DNA of 64,000 bases from the human T2T-CHM13v2.0 reference genome, Homo sapiens, in the NCBI RefSeq assembly GCF_009914755.1, contig NC_060932.1. One strand, given 5' to 3'. A model generated the notes under the pieces. That model made no database searches and was not told the DNA's origin. It saw only the letters and a list, made by a program, of their open reading frames with translations. The translations under genes were made by a program, and so were the position numbers. This document shows, piece by piece, positions 29,060 to 44,232 of this stretch. Within the stretch, counting starts at the first letter, position 1; each line of letters opens with the position of its first letter.

Positions 29060-30930
29060 CTACCCCATTCTGCCTTTTGCAACATTATAGAAAATCCCTA
29101 CTTTGGTTCTGGTACCATCTCTAGGTTTGCTAATTGGGTCACCCAAATGGGCGATTAGACTATGTTATCTTGGAGACTGTGAGTGAACAGAGCACTTTCT
29201 TAAGCCAGTGATGCAGAAACAAGCAAATTTCTCACGTCTCCCCTCTACTATCGGGTAACCCTAAGCATTCTTTAACCCTTAATGAGGACATGCTCAACCT
29301 ACAAAATTGATTGCCTGAATAGGAAAAAAAGAAGTTTGAAGATAACTTTTGGGTCTGAAACCAGAGGATGTGAAATAAGCAAAAGCTTGCCTAGGAACTG
29401 TGAATGAACATGCTGCTAAAACTGACACTGCTCATTACTGCACTAACATTTGTAGTTGAGAGTAGAATAGAGAGATCCATAATGGACTTTATTACTTTAG
29501 GTAAGACAGGCAGGGGTGATGCTCTTCAGGGCAACACTGATGGCCAGGCAGGTTTGGGCTCAGCTTGAGGGATACACAGCATCCCTGCCCTGAAAAATGA
29601 CATCTCCTCTCCCTGTAAGCCCTCTGCATGCCCCCAGAATGAATAGAAAAGAGAATATATTTTGCCAGAACCATTTTATTTCTCTTTCCTTTGGTACTAT
29701 TTTTTTTTTTCTTTCAGGCAAAACCTTATTTTCTTACTGTTTGGCTTGCTCTGTCATTTTCATTTTTTGTTCTTTATTTTCACAGACATCCTACCTGACT
29801 CTTTCTTCTCTGAAAGGGAGGGTAGATGTCTGCCAAGAAGGGATGGAGTGCTGCTCTCAGTTGCAAAAGGGATCCAGAAGCCAAGAACGAAGGGCTCAAC
29901 TAGAAATCAGTCAGGCTCAGAGAGGAAAGTCAAGACGGAGGCATTGCTGCAAGAGAAAACTGAATTTACAGAGACAGGCAAGCCCGAAAAGAATAGACAT
30001 ATGTTTGAAAAGGCATATATTGAAAATGAAAGAAACAAAAATGTATGAGTGTACAGGGGAAAAAAATTAGATTGAATATTTCCCAGCAACTCTGACAAAA
30101 GATGAGATGTCTTGTCTATGATCAGTGAACACCATGACTGTGTCAATTTCCCTTTCTGATCAACATGGATCCAAAAATGAAAAATGAACCCAGAAAATAT
30201 AACACGGTTAAAAAAGAACAGTGAACAGGGACTCAGAAGATCTGCATGAGAGCCTTGGTTCTGCTACCAATACCAGTCTGCCTAAATGAGTCACTTACTA
30301 TCCCTGTGTTTCTTTTTCTAGAAATGCAATTGAATCTAAACTATATTAAGTCTAATTCATGCTGGCTATAAAAGTTTATGATTTTTTAAGTCACCATTTA
30401 GAAAAAAATAATTGTCACAAAATACCTGTGTGCCCATAGATGCTGTAATTAATTTGCTGAATAAGCATGTACATGTTCCTACCTTATTACATTTTATTCT
30501 CCATTTATAGTACACATAAGAGAACTACAGGGAGTACCTCCAAAGTCATCAGTTTCTGACCTTGCACGGTAGGGAAAATGCATTTCAAACTGGGAGACTT
30601 AAGTTTAACAACCTTTTGTATCTGAGCACTAATGAGCAGTCAGTGGCTACCCTGGAGCCAACTGCCCCCTTCTGTGTCTGGGGCCATAAAACCTGAGTGC
30701 TCATGTGGCTGATGGTTTACTTGTTTTTGTTTTTCTTTAAGATCCCATCTCCAGGAAAATTTTTTTGACATAATTCATATAACCTATTTCATAGAAAATT
30801 TCTAACAGAGAACCCAGAATATGTAGATTCTTAATAAATGCTAGTTTTCCCCCTTGACATTTTCACAATCCATGGCAAATCACAATAGCACAAATATATG
30901 GAATCTACTTCTATCCTTAAATCTTATATA

Positions 30931-31541
<611 letters not shown>

Positions 31542-31645
31542 TTAACATATCAATTTCACTGAGTGTCATTCCCTACCTTTCTCTTTAATCTCTAGCTTTA
31601 CTCTCAAAAAATAGTGAAATCATGGAGTGAAAATGATTTAAACTA

Positions 31646-31871
31646 AGAGCCAGCAAACTTATTTTTTCTGTAAAGGACCAGACAGGAAAGAGTTTAGGCC
31701 ATATGGGATCTGTCACAACTACTCGGCAACATTCAACTCTGATGCTGTAACAGGAAAGCAGCCAGAGAGAGTCTGTAAACAAATAGATATGACTGTGTGC
31801 CAGTATGCTATATTCACAAAAATAGACAACGACCCCTATTTGGATTATAGTCTGCAGTTTGCTGACCCCTG
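31646..31871. mobile_element. MER58A-like DNA transposon
   Basis: cagcaaact...ttttctgtaaagg.ccaga...gtttgctgacccctg termini. Confidence 0.8.
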
Positions 31872-31929
31872 ATTTAAGTGAATTTGCCTTGATTTAGTAA
31901 AACTTCCATAGGATGTTATTGGCTCTATC

Positions 31930-32265
31930 TTAAAGTGAAGGAAGAAGGGAGGAAAAGAAAGAGGGAAGAAGATGAGTACAAGATGCAGAGAACCAGCTTC
32001 ACAGGCAGACCACTAAGTGTGGTTACCTGGTGACCACGGGCTCTAGGTATTTTCATTCTTGTGTTTGGGGATTTACTATGATCACACTAAACTAAGCTGT
32101 CTTTGTTCTGCAGGTTAGAAAACACATTCTAACCTTCAAATAATGGGTGTGAGGCTGCCATTTCCAAAATATCAGCCTTCATGTCCTGTTTTAAGTAGTA
32201 CTGAAAAAGCTGACAATGTCGGTATGTCTGAATAAGGATGTTTTTATAATTTTAGAAAGTAAAAT
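31930..32265 (+). repeat. Local duplication copy A (partner 34654-34995)
   Basis: Gap-free alignment of 31991-32265 with 34721-34995 shows 15 mismatches in 275 bp by hand count. Confidence 0.97.
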
Positions 32266-33527
32266 GAAATATTTTAACAGGGCCTTCTCATTCAGTTCTG
32301 TCTTCAGGCTGGTGTGGTTACAGCAGAGCTGGCCACCAAAATACTTGGAGAAGAAGAATAGAAGAAAACTACTCACAGTCACCTTGCACTCTCTTAGCTA
32401 ATTATATTTTGCAGAAATTGTCAAGTTCCCTTTCTGTTTTTAGTACTGTCCCGAAGACAACAGGGATTTTTTGGATGTAATCTGTCACAACTTCCCATTG
32501 TAAAAGCCCCAAACCATTGTCTTTTCTCTCTTATGAGTCCAAATAATGTAGTCTAGAACTAATAGTAAATGTTTTAATACACAGAAATCTAAAATTGTCT
32601 CTATGCCAACATTATTGAGTAAGAAAGCTATGCATGGCTGAGGATTTCATCAACCCTGGGATCACAAAAAGGTGATCACAGAGTGCATAGTCATTCTATT
32701 CAGGCAGTTCACCTACCTTAATCTTGTGACTGCACTTTCGCCTGACTCTTCCCCTCCATTCAATTCCAAAAAGCGTTTAAAAGCTAGTAAAACTACTGTC
32801 CTCAAATCATTAAGGAAAACTTTCAAAACAAGTGGAAGAAAACATTTGCTTTTACTTTATTGCCAGTGAAAATGTTTTCTTACTCTCCTTTTGGTAAATG
32901 CAAATGTCACTGATGATAATATGCCTTTTTGCCAATCAAGTTTCTACTTAGATCTGAATAGGAAGGAAAAGACAGGGAATGTAAAGTTAAAAGCTTAGCA
33001 GTCGATGAGAATGCGAGAAATGTCAGGAGTGTGTGCTGTACGGCTGGCAACACAGGTGGCCTTGCCGCTTGCCTGGCATATGGATCACGCTAAATAAGCT
33101 ACACAGCCTAGCAAAGAATGTCATAGATAACAGTTGTAGTTATAGATTCTGTGAGCAAACTTTGACTATTACTCAGAGTTCATACTTGCTGCATTTCAAA
33201 GCTGAGATTGCACATTTATTCTGAAAATTCAGCTGTAATAACTCCATTTCAATGCTCTTGGCCACCTGTGATTGGTAGCTGGGTAGAACTGCGAAATAAC
33301 GAATTGGTCATGTAGCGGGTAGGTGGTGGGGAGCAATGCAGAGGACTTAACAAATTAAATGTTGGAAACTAACTGCTTTACATAGAAGTGTTCCCCCATA
33401 TCTAAACTTCCATAGTGCTTTGTATTTTTTATGATACTTTTTATTTTTAAATTACAATTAAACATACTGAGAGAGGACTATCTACTTGGGGGTTATTCAA
33501 TAAATATTTCTCTAATGAACGATATGA

Positions 33528-33850
<323 letters not shown>

Positions 33851-34653
33851 AGGAGAGTGTTCTTGACCCTAAAAACCTGCCTCTTAATAAATAGAATTGA
33901 TATGAACAAGCATCAGGGGATCTTGAAAATGAGTCTTAAAACAGGCTACATGGCTGATATTTTGGAAGATTCCTGTCTTTTCCCTCAGATCTTAACAGTA
34001 CCTGAAATTCTATTAGATCATTCTTCTGTGATGCCTCCTAATTTTCATATTCCAGAAACCCTTGTGAAAACACAGCCAGCTTGACCAAGTTGCTATGGGA
34101 ACAGATTCATGAGATGGGAAGAGATCCATGAGATATGGGCAGATGAGTAGAGGGGAGGCCGCCACAATGGAAGAAAGGATTCCAAAATGGAAAGCAGCAG
34201 ATAAATGATGTCTTATTAACAGTTTTTCCCAGTGCCCTCCTCAATAGTATATTTGTTTGAACATGTATAAGCACTTGCCAGGGAAAACATATTTCTTATT
34301 GGTCTGCTAGTTAAAATGTTTCAAACACACTTCAGATTTGAGAGTTAATGGGTTATGGTGTAAAAACCGTATACGTGAAATTCCTCATATCTCATGCCTG
34401 ACATGCTGTGCTATAATTTGTTTCCCATGAAATCTTTTAACAGGGCCTTTAATGAGAAACAGAATCTTCTCGCATTGAGGTGCTATCTTTTCATTTCCTC
34501 TGTCCATCCTATTAATTGGATGCAAAGGAACAGTGAGATGGCCAGAGGGCCGAGGAAAAGGATGGAGGAAGGCCCCAAGGCAGCTTAGCAATCTGTTTCT
34601 GAATAACTGTTGCGAAATCACTTGAGGTAGGAGAGTCCTAGAGCCATGTTCCT

Positions 34654-35076
34654 TTAAAGTGAAGGAAGAAGGGAGGGGAAAAAAAAGAGGGAAGATGATG
34701 AGTACAAGATGCAGACAGAGCACCAGCTTCACAGGCAGACCACTAAGTGTGGTTACTTGGTGACTGTGGGCTCTAGGTATTTTCATTCTTGTGTTTGGGG
34801 ATTTACTATGATCACACTAAACTAAGCTTTCTTGGTTCTGCAAGTTAGAAAACACATTCTAACCTTCAAATAATGGGTGTGAGGCTGCCATTTCCAAAAA
34901 ATCAGCCTTCGTGTCCTGTTTTAAGTAGTACTGAGAAAGCTGACAATGTCATTATATCTGAATAAGGATGTTTTTATAATTTGAGAAAGTAAAATCCTAG
35001 GAATGATTTATCTAATTTATGAGAGAATATTTTAAGTGATTAACTATTTCCTTTTATTTACGTGTCAAGTTTTATT
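34654..35076 (+). repeat. Local duplication copy B (shares 34654-34995 with A and 34916-35076 with C)
   Basis: Direct sequence comparison. Confidence 0.95.
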
Positions 35077-35645
35077 ACCTGGTTCTAGAAACCAGATGAC
35101 TCTTCTAAGAAGAATGATTGGATAGGGAGATAGTATTATACATCGGTCCTTGTAGTCAAAAATACAATGAAGCCCATATCAGGTTTTTTTGGTTCTGGTC
35201 CAGTGTGGATTTATACAGGGTCCAAAATTTAAAAAGCCCTTGCAGTGAAGCCAGAGGGACCCAACACAGCAAAGTGGTAGAGGTTTGGGCTTCATTTTGT
35301 CAAAGCCAGTGATTCATGAAACTGCCCGCTAATATGAAGCTGAACATAGACAGCTCTGGGACACGTTTAGCCATGAACAAGCTGTATATGGTTTGTAAGT
35401 GGCAGGTGCCCATCCTAAAGGCAATATGGAAAATAAGCTTTTTATGTTCCTCCAAGAGAACTAAAGTTATGCTCCCACTGTGGGCTCCAGGGGATGCTGA
35501 CAAGGGGTGTCGCATTTCTTCTAGGCAGTGGGTGTGTGTGTGCTAGGTTTTGAAGGAATAGATTTCCTTCCTATAAACTAACGTTTTCAGAAAAGACAGG
35601 CATGCCAAAACCCGTTTATAGCCTAAATAGTCCCCTTCACAAGTG

Positions 35646-35805
35646 CTGTTTCAAATAGTACTGAAAAAAGTTAACAATGTCAGTACATCTGAATAAGGAT
35701 GTTTACATAATTTGAGACTGTAAAATCCTAGGAATGATTGTATCTAATTTATTAGTGTCCTTCAAGTGATTAACTATTTCTTTTCAATTATTTGTGAAGT
35801 TTTAT
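35646..35805 (+). repeat. Local duplication copy C, more diverged
   Basis: tagtactgaaaaa...acaatgtc...tctgaataaggatgttt...taaaatcctaggaatgatt...aagtgattaactatttc shared with 34916-35076. Confidence 0.9.
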
Positions 35806-36529
35806 CGTCTTTTCATTTCCCAAATTGAGAAACTGTCATAGGCTTATCCTGTCAGGAATGAAACTGGAGAATTGAAAACAGGGACTATAACCGACTTTGT
35901 TCTCATTTGGCAACAGACAGTCCTCAAGGATCCAGGGCTCTCATACATTTCCAAAAAAAGAATTCTTGCTTTTTTCCAAGAACCAGATAATGAAATAGGT
36001 AAAAGGATAATGATGAGGGAAATTTTATTGCCAAATTAATTGGCCTGAAATAATTAATGCACCACTTTTAGAACAAGGCAGACTGGAACTCAGCATGTTT
36101 TCAGGTGCCCATGTCCTTCCCTTTCGGGTTTTCCATGCCAGCTTCCTCTCACTGGAAGATACTGGGGGACAGCAGGAACTATATAGTGCTCATCTCTTGC
36201 TTAGTCTTTAAAAATGCAGCACTGGCTTACTTTATCCTGTAGGCTGCTTTGCTGTTTGTTGACTACCCAGTGAAATTCAAGTTTGGGGATGAAAGCTTGA
36301 TGAATGGGTCAAATGCTTATGGTGTGTTCAATTACTGCTCTTGAGGATAAATGGCTTTTCTCTTCTATTTGCATTTAAAGAAGCATATGGAGGGTTGGTT
36401 TTGGTCACATAAGAGGCCTTCATTAAATTAGACAATTAAAATGATAGCAGAGATATTAATATTTTTCCATTATGACTATGTTTCAATTCCCTATCTGGTG
36501 CTATATAGTAGGATTATACACTGTAATGA

Positions 36530-36897
<368 letters not shown>

Positions 36898-36946
36898 CAG
36901 AAGATCTTTTAAAAATACTCTTTTTAGTAGCTAAATTAAAAACAGT

Positions 36947-37257
<311 letters not shown>

Positions 37258-38538
37258 GAGTCATATGTAAGTAATGTAAGTAGCAACATTTTTTAAACAG
37301 TTAAACTTGCTGCCCTCACGTCACAGGTACAAGTGTTCCCTTCTATTTGAAAGTGTTGGGCAAAAGCCGAAATTCTGAAATTATTGCATGAACCTGGGTT
37401 GAAGTGACTTCTTTGCTAAGAATATGGGGCCGCAACTCAAATGCAATCCCCTAGTATATTTTTATATGAAATTTATTCTCACAAGCAGTCACGGGAAGAG
37501 CTTACAGCTTGCAAATAGGTAGACTGTCCTCCTGGTACCATGGTTCTGAGTAACTGAAATAAAAGCTTTGTTATCTGGAATTTTGAATGAAAGTGAGGCC
37601 CTTACAGACTCAGAACGCTGAGCTGGGCGGACTCCAGCTGGAAGTGCAAGGTGCCCTTGGTAGCTCTTCAGTGTACCTCCCCAGGGCTAAGACAGAGCCT
37701 GAGCCCTGTGCCTTCCTTTCCATTGCTGTTATCTAATCTCTTTGTTAACTGATGGAGGATTTAGATGTGCTAGTCCCTAAAATATTTGCATTTGAATACT
37801 CAGGGATTTGGGAAGATCTGAAAGCTTTCACAGTCCTAAAGAAAGGGTGGTATCTCTAGCCACTTTTCCTTTTCATAAAATTAGCCCTGTGTTGCAATAA
37901 TTTATAAAGACCTATAAGGCAGAATTCTATCATGGTTCCTCAATTCTCTACCCCACCTTTATACCTCCAAAAAAGAAAACAGAAGGCTCAATAACTATTT
38001 CCAAAAATCCTCAAATCTAAAGTTTTATTATTTTAACAAGGTTATTAGTTTAAAGATGTATTCTGAAAATTAAGATTCTATAAAAAAATTTGCTTTTTAA
38101 CTCATATACACCATTGTAAGTTGGCCTATGTCTAGCATAGGCCAACTGAAATTGGTAAGGTCAAGATTCAGAAGTTTCCAGTTCTGCCCTGGCTTCTACA
38201 TAATGCATGGGCTTTTAATTGAAGCCAAGGGATGGTGATAGAGAAGTCTCTGAAAGATAAAATTAATCATGGTAATAAAACAAATCCCCTGGAACTCAGG
38301 TGTATAGAAAGCATTTAAGCTCAAGAAAACAAAATTAAATTTAATAAACCATTAGTACTCAATGAACTTACATAGATGAATGTATTCGGCTGTCTTCTCC
38401 TAAGCTTTAATCTGCTTGTCCCTGTATTTTACAGTTTATCTGTGCTCACTCAGAGTTCCAAAGGAAAAGATAAAGTTATTGAGTCTATAGGGCTGGGGAA
38501 ATGAATTGAAGACAAAATAATGCTAAAGTAAATTCCTA

Positions 38539-38931
<393 letters not shown>

Positions 38932-39459
38932 TTAGTTTTCAGAATTACCTCCATTGATCAGAATTTGAAAAGGCTATAACAAAAGGTTCCCTGGAGTCAA
39001 TGCATAAAAAAGTTAACAATCTGAAGCATCTAAGATGAGGGTAGTAAGCATTCACTTCCTTAAAAATTTGTCAAAGAAAAAAATAGTTTCATTTTCAGGC
39101 ATCTGTCTGAATATTCAGGATTACTATTTTTGCTAATGTTCTGGTTCCATTAAAAAAAAAAATCAAACACACTCAGGAAATTGCTTAAAATCAACTATTG
39201 CTGTGAATTCTGTTTTGTAGTACTGTATTAACAATGTTCCCTGAATGGTGTGTGCATTTACCTGCCGGTGCCCAAATGCACCAGCATTATGATGAAGAGA
39301 AATGGGTCACGTAGATTAGGATCCAAATAATTTCACAAGGAGATGAGATGGATACATGGCAAACCAATTTCATAAAATCATAATGCATTTGCACACATGT
39401 AAGCAGCAAAATAATTCAACTATCTTTGAGAAGTAACCTATTGCATTGAGATTTTAGGT

Positions 39460-39780
<321 letters not shown>

Positions 39781-39797
39781 TAAATGTAGTTTAATAG

Positions 39798-40182
39798 TGT
39801 GAGAAACACACTCACCCGTCCAAACCCAAAGAATAGACTCAGAGGCACAAAGAACAGAGAAAGTAAGACTTTTAATAGCAGTCTTGCAAGATCGGGTGTC
39901 TGGTAGGCAGGCATACCCAGGGCAGCTACAGCAGGTAATTTATCTCCTAGTACACAAGTCCCTCCTCCAGTTCCTCATTGGCCAAGTACTATGGGAACAA
40001 TCTTCCTGGACGTCACCTAAGTTTTATTATCCCCCTTATAAGGTTATACCCTCTCATCTTCCCTGCTTAAGTTTTGATTTCGCAATAATGAAACTTTCTT
40101 CCCTGTTACTGGCTGACCCCTCCTCTACATTCTGTTCACTTACTGCGACCTTCTAGGTGCATGAGCTGTGTGGTTTGTTACA
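39798..40182 (-). mobile_element. ERV LTR (ERVL class, LTR18-like; family tentative)
   Basis: TG/CA-type ends; reverse-strand ATTAAA poly(A) signal near 39869-39876; ends ...TTTGGGTTTGGACGGGTGAGTGTGTTTCTCACA on the - strand; no clean TSD found. Confidence 0.6.
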
Positions 40183-40916
40183 TTTGTAGTACTTACATTT
40201 ATAATGCCTTGAAAATGGCATTTAAAATGCCATTTAAATGTTTTCTCACAATAGGATGTCTGTTAACTGCAAAGCTGATTCTACTATTTTTAATAAGGCC
40301 AATATATTCTTCTATGTATATATTAAAATTAAATGGAATTTGAGATTTATGTTGTGCTGAATGTGCTTGTGCAAATTCAAAGAATAAATTTAAAATTTGC
40401 TTTGGGGAGCACATTTCACTTGCTACAATATGCTCAGAGACCTGTGCCAGGAGAGTTAGGTTTCTGCCTCTTTTGATCATTTAGCTTCGTTTAGCCGTGG
40501 GTGCCTATTCCACAAATCAGGACATTTGCAGAACTTTTCAGAACCATGTGACTGGCAGGAGTCATTCTCCAGCCCTTCTCTTTCTTGAGGCAGGTGTACT
40601 CACCAATATTTTTAATATTGTGTTGAGACAATGATTCATTAGAAGCCTCAAAACCTAGTTTGTATGCCTCTCTAAAGGTTCTGTTATTGCGTTTTTATGC
40701 CCTGGTGTTCCTGTCATGTCTTGAAATGTCAAAGATCCCCAAACATTTACCTAGGATAAAGTTCTCAGAGTGCCTGAGGCAGGACATAGAGCTAGAGATT
40801 CAGCAACTTTGGCCATCTAGTTGCTTATTTCAAATGCAGGAAGTTCAGCCTGATCTTCTTTCAAATCACTACTAGCTATGGAAACCTACTTTAGGTTACA
40901 AGACAGACAGCAGAGG

Positions 40917-41259
40917 AGCGAGGTCAGCATGGTGGCCTGCAGGCCACATTTGGCCCACCACCTGCTTGTATACAGCCCATGAGCTAAGGATGGTTTTCGC
41001 ATTTTTAAATGGTCTGAAAAAAAATCAAAAGAGTAATATTGTGCCACATATGAAATCTGTGTGACAATCAATCAAGTATCAGTGTGCCACATAAAGTTTT
41101 ATTGGGACACAGCCACGCTCATTCACTTAACATATTGTTTCTGTCTGTTTTTGCAATACCAAGGCAGAGTAGAGTAGCAGCAACACGGACCACATGTGGC
41201 CCCGAAAACCAAAAACATTGACTATCTGGTCATTTACAGAGAAAGTTTGTCAACCCCTG
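40917..41259. mobile_element. MER58B-like DNA transposon
   Basis: gagctaaggatggtttt...aagttttattgggacacagccacgctcattc...tttacagagaaagtttgtcaacccctg. Confidence 0.85.
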
Positions 41260-41704
41260 GTATAGAATAGAGTGTTAACTTTTAAGGTAGTAGGCTCACA
41301 AAGATTCTAGTCATTCCCATAGGGCAAAAGTTCATCGTTGTTTGATAGCAAATACAAAATGTAACTATAAATCCTTAATAAGGAGAAAGTACTGCTGCTT
41401 TTTTGTTGTAGCTGTTGTTTTTGAAACAACAATAGAGATCATAAAGAATCATTTACCCATGCTAGAAACAAAAGAATGTCCATGGTCATCATTCTCATGA
41501 TGGACATAAAAGAAGATTGTCACACAGGTGACCCAGAGTCCACTCAGGCCTCGTCTCTCCATTTGCCTCTCTCCCAGCTGTTCCTTCAGTGTGCCTTCTA
41601 CCTGGGTTTTGGTGACAGTGTTTATAGGAAGATATTGCAACTTTCCCTACAAACATCTCTACATGACAAGGAACAAGTGCCAATATTCAAAACAAAGTTG
41701 TTCG

Positions 41705-41983
41705 GTTTTTTTGTTTGTTTGTCTTTTTTTGAGACAGGGTCTCACTCTGCTGCCCAGCCTGGAATGCAGTGGTACAATCATAGCTCTCTGCAGCTTTGAA
41801 CTCCTGGGCTTATGTGATCCTCCTACTGGAACCTCCTGAGTAGCTGGGACTACAGGTGTGCACCACTGCACCCTGGCTAATTTATTTTATTTTTGTGGAG
41901 ACAGAAGTCTTGCTATGTTTTCCAGGCTGGTCTTGAACTCCTGGCCTCAAGTGATCCTCCCGCCTGGGCCACCACACTCAGCC
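41705..41983 (-). mobile_element. Alu (AluJ-like, partly deleted)
   Basis: gagacagggtctcactctg...aatcatagctc; left monomer shortened. Confidence 0.9.
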
Positions 41984-42278
41984 AAAACAAATTTCTTAAA
42001 TAAGAGGAACTAAGATCCCTTCAACTACTTAAGCAAGATTTGCTTTGCCATTTCTATTAGTATAGCAATGAATAACCATTAAAGAAAAAAGAAAAGGAGG
42101 AAGGAAAGAAAAACAAAAAGAAAAACTAGAGAGAATGTTTTTAAGCCGGCCTTTTCTATTTCACAATTAAAGATGTCTATTAGTGGAACATACTTGTAGT
42201 GCTGTTTGGCAACCAACTGACTGTAAACAGGATCTTAAGACCTTTGAATAAAACAGCACTTTATTCACTCAGAATTGC

Positions 42279-42300
42279 TGTGTGTGTGTGTGTGTGTGTG
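42279..42300. repeat. (TG)n microsatellite
   Basis: Direct reading. Confidence 0.9.
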
Positions 42301-42784
42301 CGTGCATGCATCTGTGGCTCTTATAAATGGCAACGCGTCCTTAAAAGCTTGTCTGTAGTCTGAATGCTCCACTCTACATCAGTCGTCTTTGTGACCATAA
42401 GCTGGGTGTGGTAAGGGAAAGTAATACCATCCTCAAAATAGGAAATACTTGGCTGGCTCTGGAAAATCTTTTCAACTCATCAGAATTTTACCAGAGATGA
42501 CATTTCTATCCTTACTGTAAAAGTCCCTATGAAGAACAGTGACCTGTAATCTTTTGTGTTGTCTTTGTCTTCGTCATAGAAAAGTTACTGTCCTAAAGCT
42601 TACCATGCTTTTACTGAAGACAGCATGCCATCTTAAAAAGCACTGTAGGAATCAATTACTTGGCTGAAGAATGTTGAATAAACACCTATCATAGTATTAT
42701 CATAAGTGCTGTAGCAGTTTCAGAAAATCAGTAGATATGATCCTTACCCTTCAGGTGTTTGTGGTCAAATTGGGAAGGCAGAAA

Positions 42785-42816
42785 ACACACACACGCACAC
42801 ACACACACACACACAC
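42785..42816. repeat. (CA)n microsatellite, interrupted
   Basis: Direct reading. Confidence 0.9.
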
Positions 42817-42984
42817 GAAATAGATAAGCATCTTATTCACATGAAAGTTAAGTACAAACATAAAAAGAGTTCAGAGAAGACATAAATCATTCTGGGAAAA
42901 GAGGAGATGAGAATTGAACCATTGGACACAGCCAAACACCACTGGGATTTCGAACCATTGAGACACACACAAAAAACTGAACCA

Positions 42985-43075
42985 TTTTTTCCCGAGACAA
43001 ATCTACCCTTGTTCGTTCTTCCTCTTTCTTGCCCCTTGTAGTAGAGAGGTATCAATGAGCATAATTAAACTTGTC
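42985..43075 (+). repeat. 91-bp direct duplicate of 3'UTR segment 45308-45398
   Basis: Gap-free alignment, 8 mismatches in 91 bp by hand count. Confidence 0.95.
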
Positions 43076-43228
43076 CATTTGTGGGTGTGTATGATCTTGA
43101 TAAAGAGGAGAAAGGGACGAAGTGGACCTTTCTAGTGAACTGAATGGATTAAATTAAAGCAAGAAGCAAAGTGTTACCTAACTCAGGGTCAGTGGCTCAA
43201 AGAGCAAAATAAGACTGAGTGGGAGAAA

Positions 43229-43232
<4 letters not shown>

Positions 43233-43282
<50 letters not shown>
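43233..43282. repeat. (TA)25 microsatellite
   Basis: Uninterrupted TA run. Confidence 0.95.
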
Positions 43283-43287
<5 letters not shown>

Positions 43288-43300
43288 TAGGGATATCCAT

Positions 43301-43340
43301 ATCTAGCTATGGATATTTATATCAATATCCATAGCTAGAT
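43301..43340. repeat. Perfect 17-bp inverted repeat with 6-nt loop
   Basis: atctagctatggatatt-tatatc-aatatccatagctagat. Confidence 0.95.
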
Positions 43341-43985
43341 CAAGGCCAGACCAAGGAAGTCATTGAAGACAACTAGAGTAGATATTTCATGACTGAGGAA
43401 CTAGAATGCAGAGTATATTCGAGTTTTGAAAAACTAAAGATTTTGCTGTGATTTAGACCATAAAGTGACAGAGTATAAATTAGGTATAGGTAGTAAACAT
43501 GGAGAGCAACGGAGAAGCTGATGAGTACGTTAAAAAGAAAAAAAATATAAAAGGAAGAATCAAAAACAAATGGTCTAGTGTGAGAGATTAGAAAGATGGT
43601 TATAAATACTGGGATACTTGTTCTAGTTAGAAGAAGGACCAGTTTGGAGGCACGGAGACACCAGTTTCTGATGCATTGCGTTTGTGGAGCTAGAGGCATC
43701 TGTAACTGGAACAATCCCAAGGCCATTTAGAGATCTGTAATTAGCTCACATTAACTTAAAGATTGGAGGTATAGATTTACAATACTATCTATGTTGTTTG
43801 ATAACTACTCCATTTAGCATATAAGCCCACTGAGGAAGGAAAGAACAACAAGAAATCAAAGGTAAAACCTTGAAAGCTCTTATGTTTGCCAAAGTAGAGA
43901 GGGGTCAAATATTTTGAAAAAATAGGAATGAGTGAAAGTATGACATAAACTAATGAAATAGAGCATGTCAAGGGGATAGTCAAGA

Positions 43986-43990
<5 letters not shown>

Positions 43991-44027
<37 letters not shown>
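43991..44027. repeat. (AC)n microsatellite
   Basis: Direct reading. Confidence 0.95.
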
Positions 44028-44031
<4 letters not shown>

Positions 44032-44061
44032 TCAAGGAAAGTGAGGACCCAAAAGACTTGG

Positions 44062-44232
44062 GGCCAAACATGGTGTCTCATACTTGTAATCCCAACATTT
44101 TGGGAGGCTGAGGCAAGAGGATCACTTAAGCCCAGGAGGTCAAGGCTGCAGTGAGCTGTGACTGTGCCATTGCACTCCAGCCTGGGTGACAGAGCAAGAC
44201 CCTGTATCTAAAACAAACAAGAAAGACAAAAC
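44062..44232 (+). mobile_element. Monomeric Alu (FAM/FRAM-like or recombined)
   Basis: Single monomer; TSD AAGACTTGG on both sides. Confidence 0.85.

Noticed and set aside
29597-30070. 157-aa ORF as a standalone gene
   Set aside because: Low-complexity T-rich then A-rich composition with no promoter or homology evidence; only the overlapping frame is kept, as a splice hypothesis.
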